DNA of 64,000 bases from Carcharhinus amblyrhynchos (lineage: Eukaryota), in NCBI GenBank assembly GCA_965287045.1, contig OZ336878.1, positions 56,482,001 to 56,546,000 on the forward strand. Direction: 5' to 3'. Both the position numbers and the translations under genes were made by a program. Below, in pieces: positions 63,062 to 64,000 of the stretch. Numbering within the stretch: position 1 is the first letter of the stretch; each line of letters begins with the position of its first letter. The notes under the pieces were generated by a model. The model was not told the origin of the DNA, did not search any database, and saw only the letters and a program-made list of their open reading frames with translations.

Positions 63062-63462
63062 AATGAGGGGAGATCTTATAGAATCATATGAGATTATGAA
63101 GGGAATAGATAAGATAGAAGCAGGGAAGTTGTTTCCACTGGCAGGTGAAACTAGAACTAGGGGGCATAGCCTCAAAATAAGAGGGAGCAGATTTAGGACT
63201 GAGTTGAGGAGGAACTTCTTCCCACAAAGGGTTGTGAATCTGTGGAATTCCTTGCCCAGTGAAGCAGTTGAGGTTACCTCATTGAATGTTTTTAAGGTAA
63301 GGATAGATATATTTTTGAACAGTAAAGGAATTAAGGGTTATGGTGAGCGGGTGGGTAAGTGGAGCTGAGTCCATAAAAAGATCAGCCATGATCTTATTGA
63401 ATCGCAGAACAGGCTCGAGGGGCCAGATGGTTGACTCCTGCTCCTAGTTCTTATGTTATCTT
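63062..63462 (+). mobile_element. CR1 3' end
   Basis: MRGDLIESY...TRGHSLKIRG...VVNLWNSLP; tail ctcctgctcctagttcttatgtt. Confidence 0.9.
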
Positions 63463-64000
63463 TAGTTTAGGAAGGATAGATTGAAACTTACCAGCCAAAC
63501 AGTTGTAGGGGCAGTTAGCAGGAAACACCATCCACTGGGATGGAGATTTGGCAAAAGACTTCAGCTTTACAGTATTCAAAATCAAGCAAAACAACAAGAA
63601 CTTTACAAGGAAAGAGGGATGGCCAGGCTTCAAAGATACAGTACCACCATAGTATGAAAGGATTTTATACTGAAGCTGAAAATGATTTATTTCATCCCAA
63701 AATTTAACCCAAAGTAAAGCAATTTATGCAGTTATGAAGAATAGGTTGGCTAAGATGGATTGGGAAACTAAAAAAAAGTTAAACAATCAATGATGAGTAA
63801 TTAAAGAAATGTTAAATAATTTGCAACAAATATAGATTCTTTTAAGACACAATAAACCACATTCAAAATGTTATTCCTGTGTGCACCACATTTTTGTTTG
63901 TATCAACTTTCTGACAATTAATATCCCATGCTCACATTTTTGATAAAAATACCCCTATATAAATTGACTTGTCTGTTTGTGATTACAGTGTTGTATTCAA

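Noticed and set aside
56719-64000. Further upstream HMCN1 Ig exons
   Set aside because: No Ig-like exon found; the next exon probably lies beyond the window end.

Overview
Eukaryotic genomic DNA from a cartilaginous fish, most likely a shark. The assignment rests on HE1/V-SINEs, HER1/CR1 LINEs and shark-type Penelope-associated palindromes. The minus strand carries the last 21 coding exons of hemicentin-1 (HMCN1): the final Ig domain, six TSP1 repeats, the G2F/nidogen domain, the EGF array and the fibulin C-terminal module, with the stop at 12377. About 11.5 kb further downstream, also on the minus strand, is the start of a TLR1/2-family Toll-like receptor (signal peptide plus LRRs). It runs off the window edge and is absent from the ORF track. 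The introns are filled with CR1/L2, Penelope, RTE, Gypsy and Harbinger remnants and V-SINEs. Three items stand out: (1) a Gypsy-derived LTR element that appears to have captured a UACA-family coiled-coil fragment (60.8-63.0 kb); (2) two copies of a composite CR1 whose 3' UTR holds conserved hairpins and an embedded V-SINE; (3) a young, TSD-flanked perfect 97-bp palindrome carrying a minimal hammerhead ribozyme core on each strand. All homology calls were made by eye from recalled sequences and need database confirmation.
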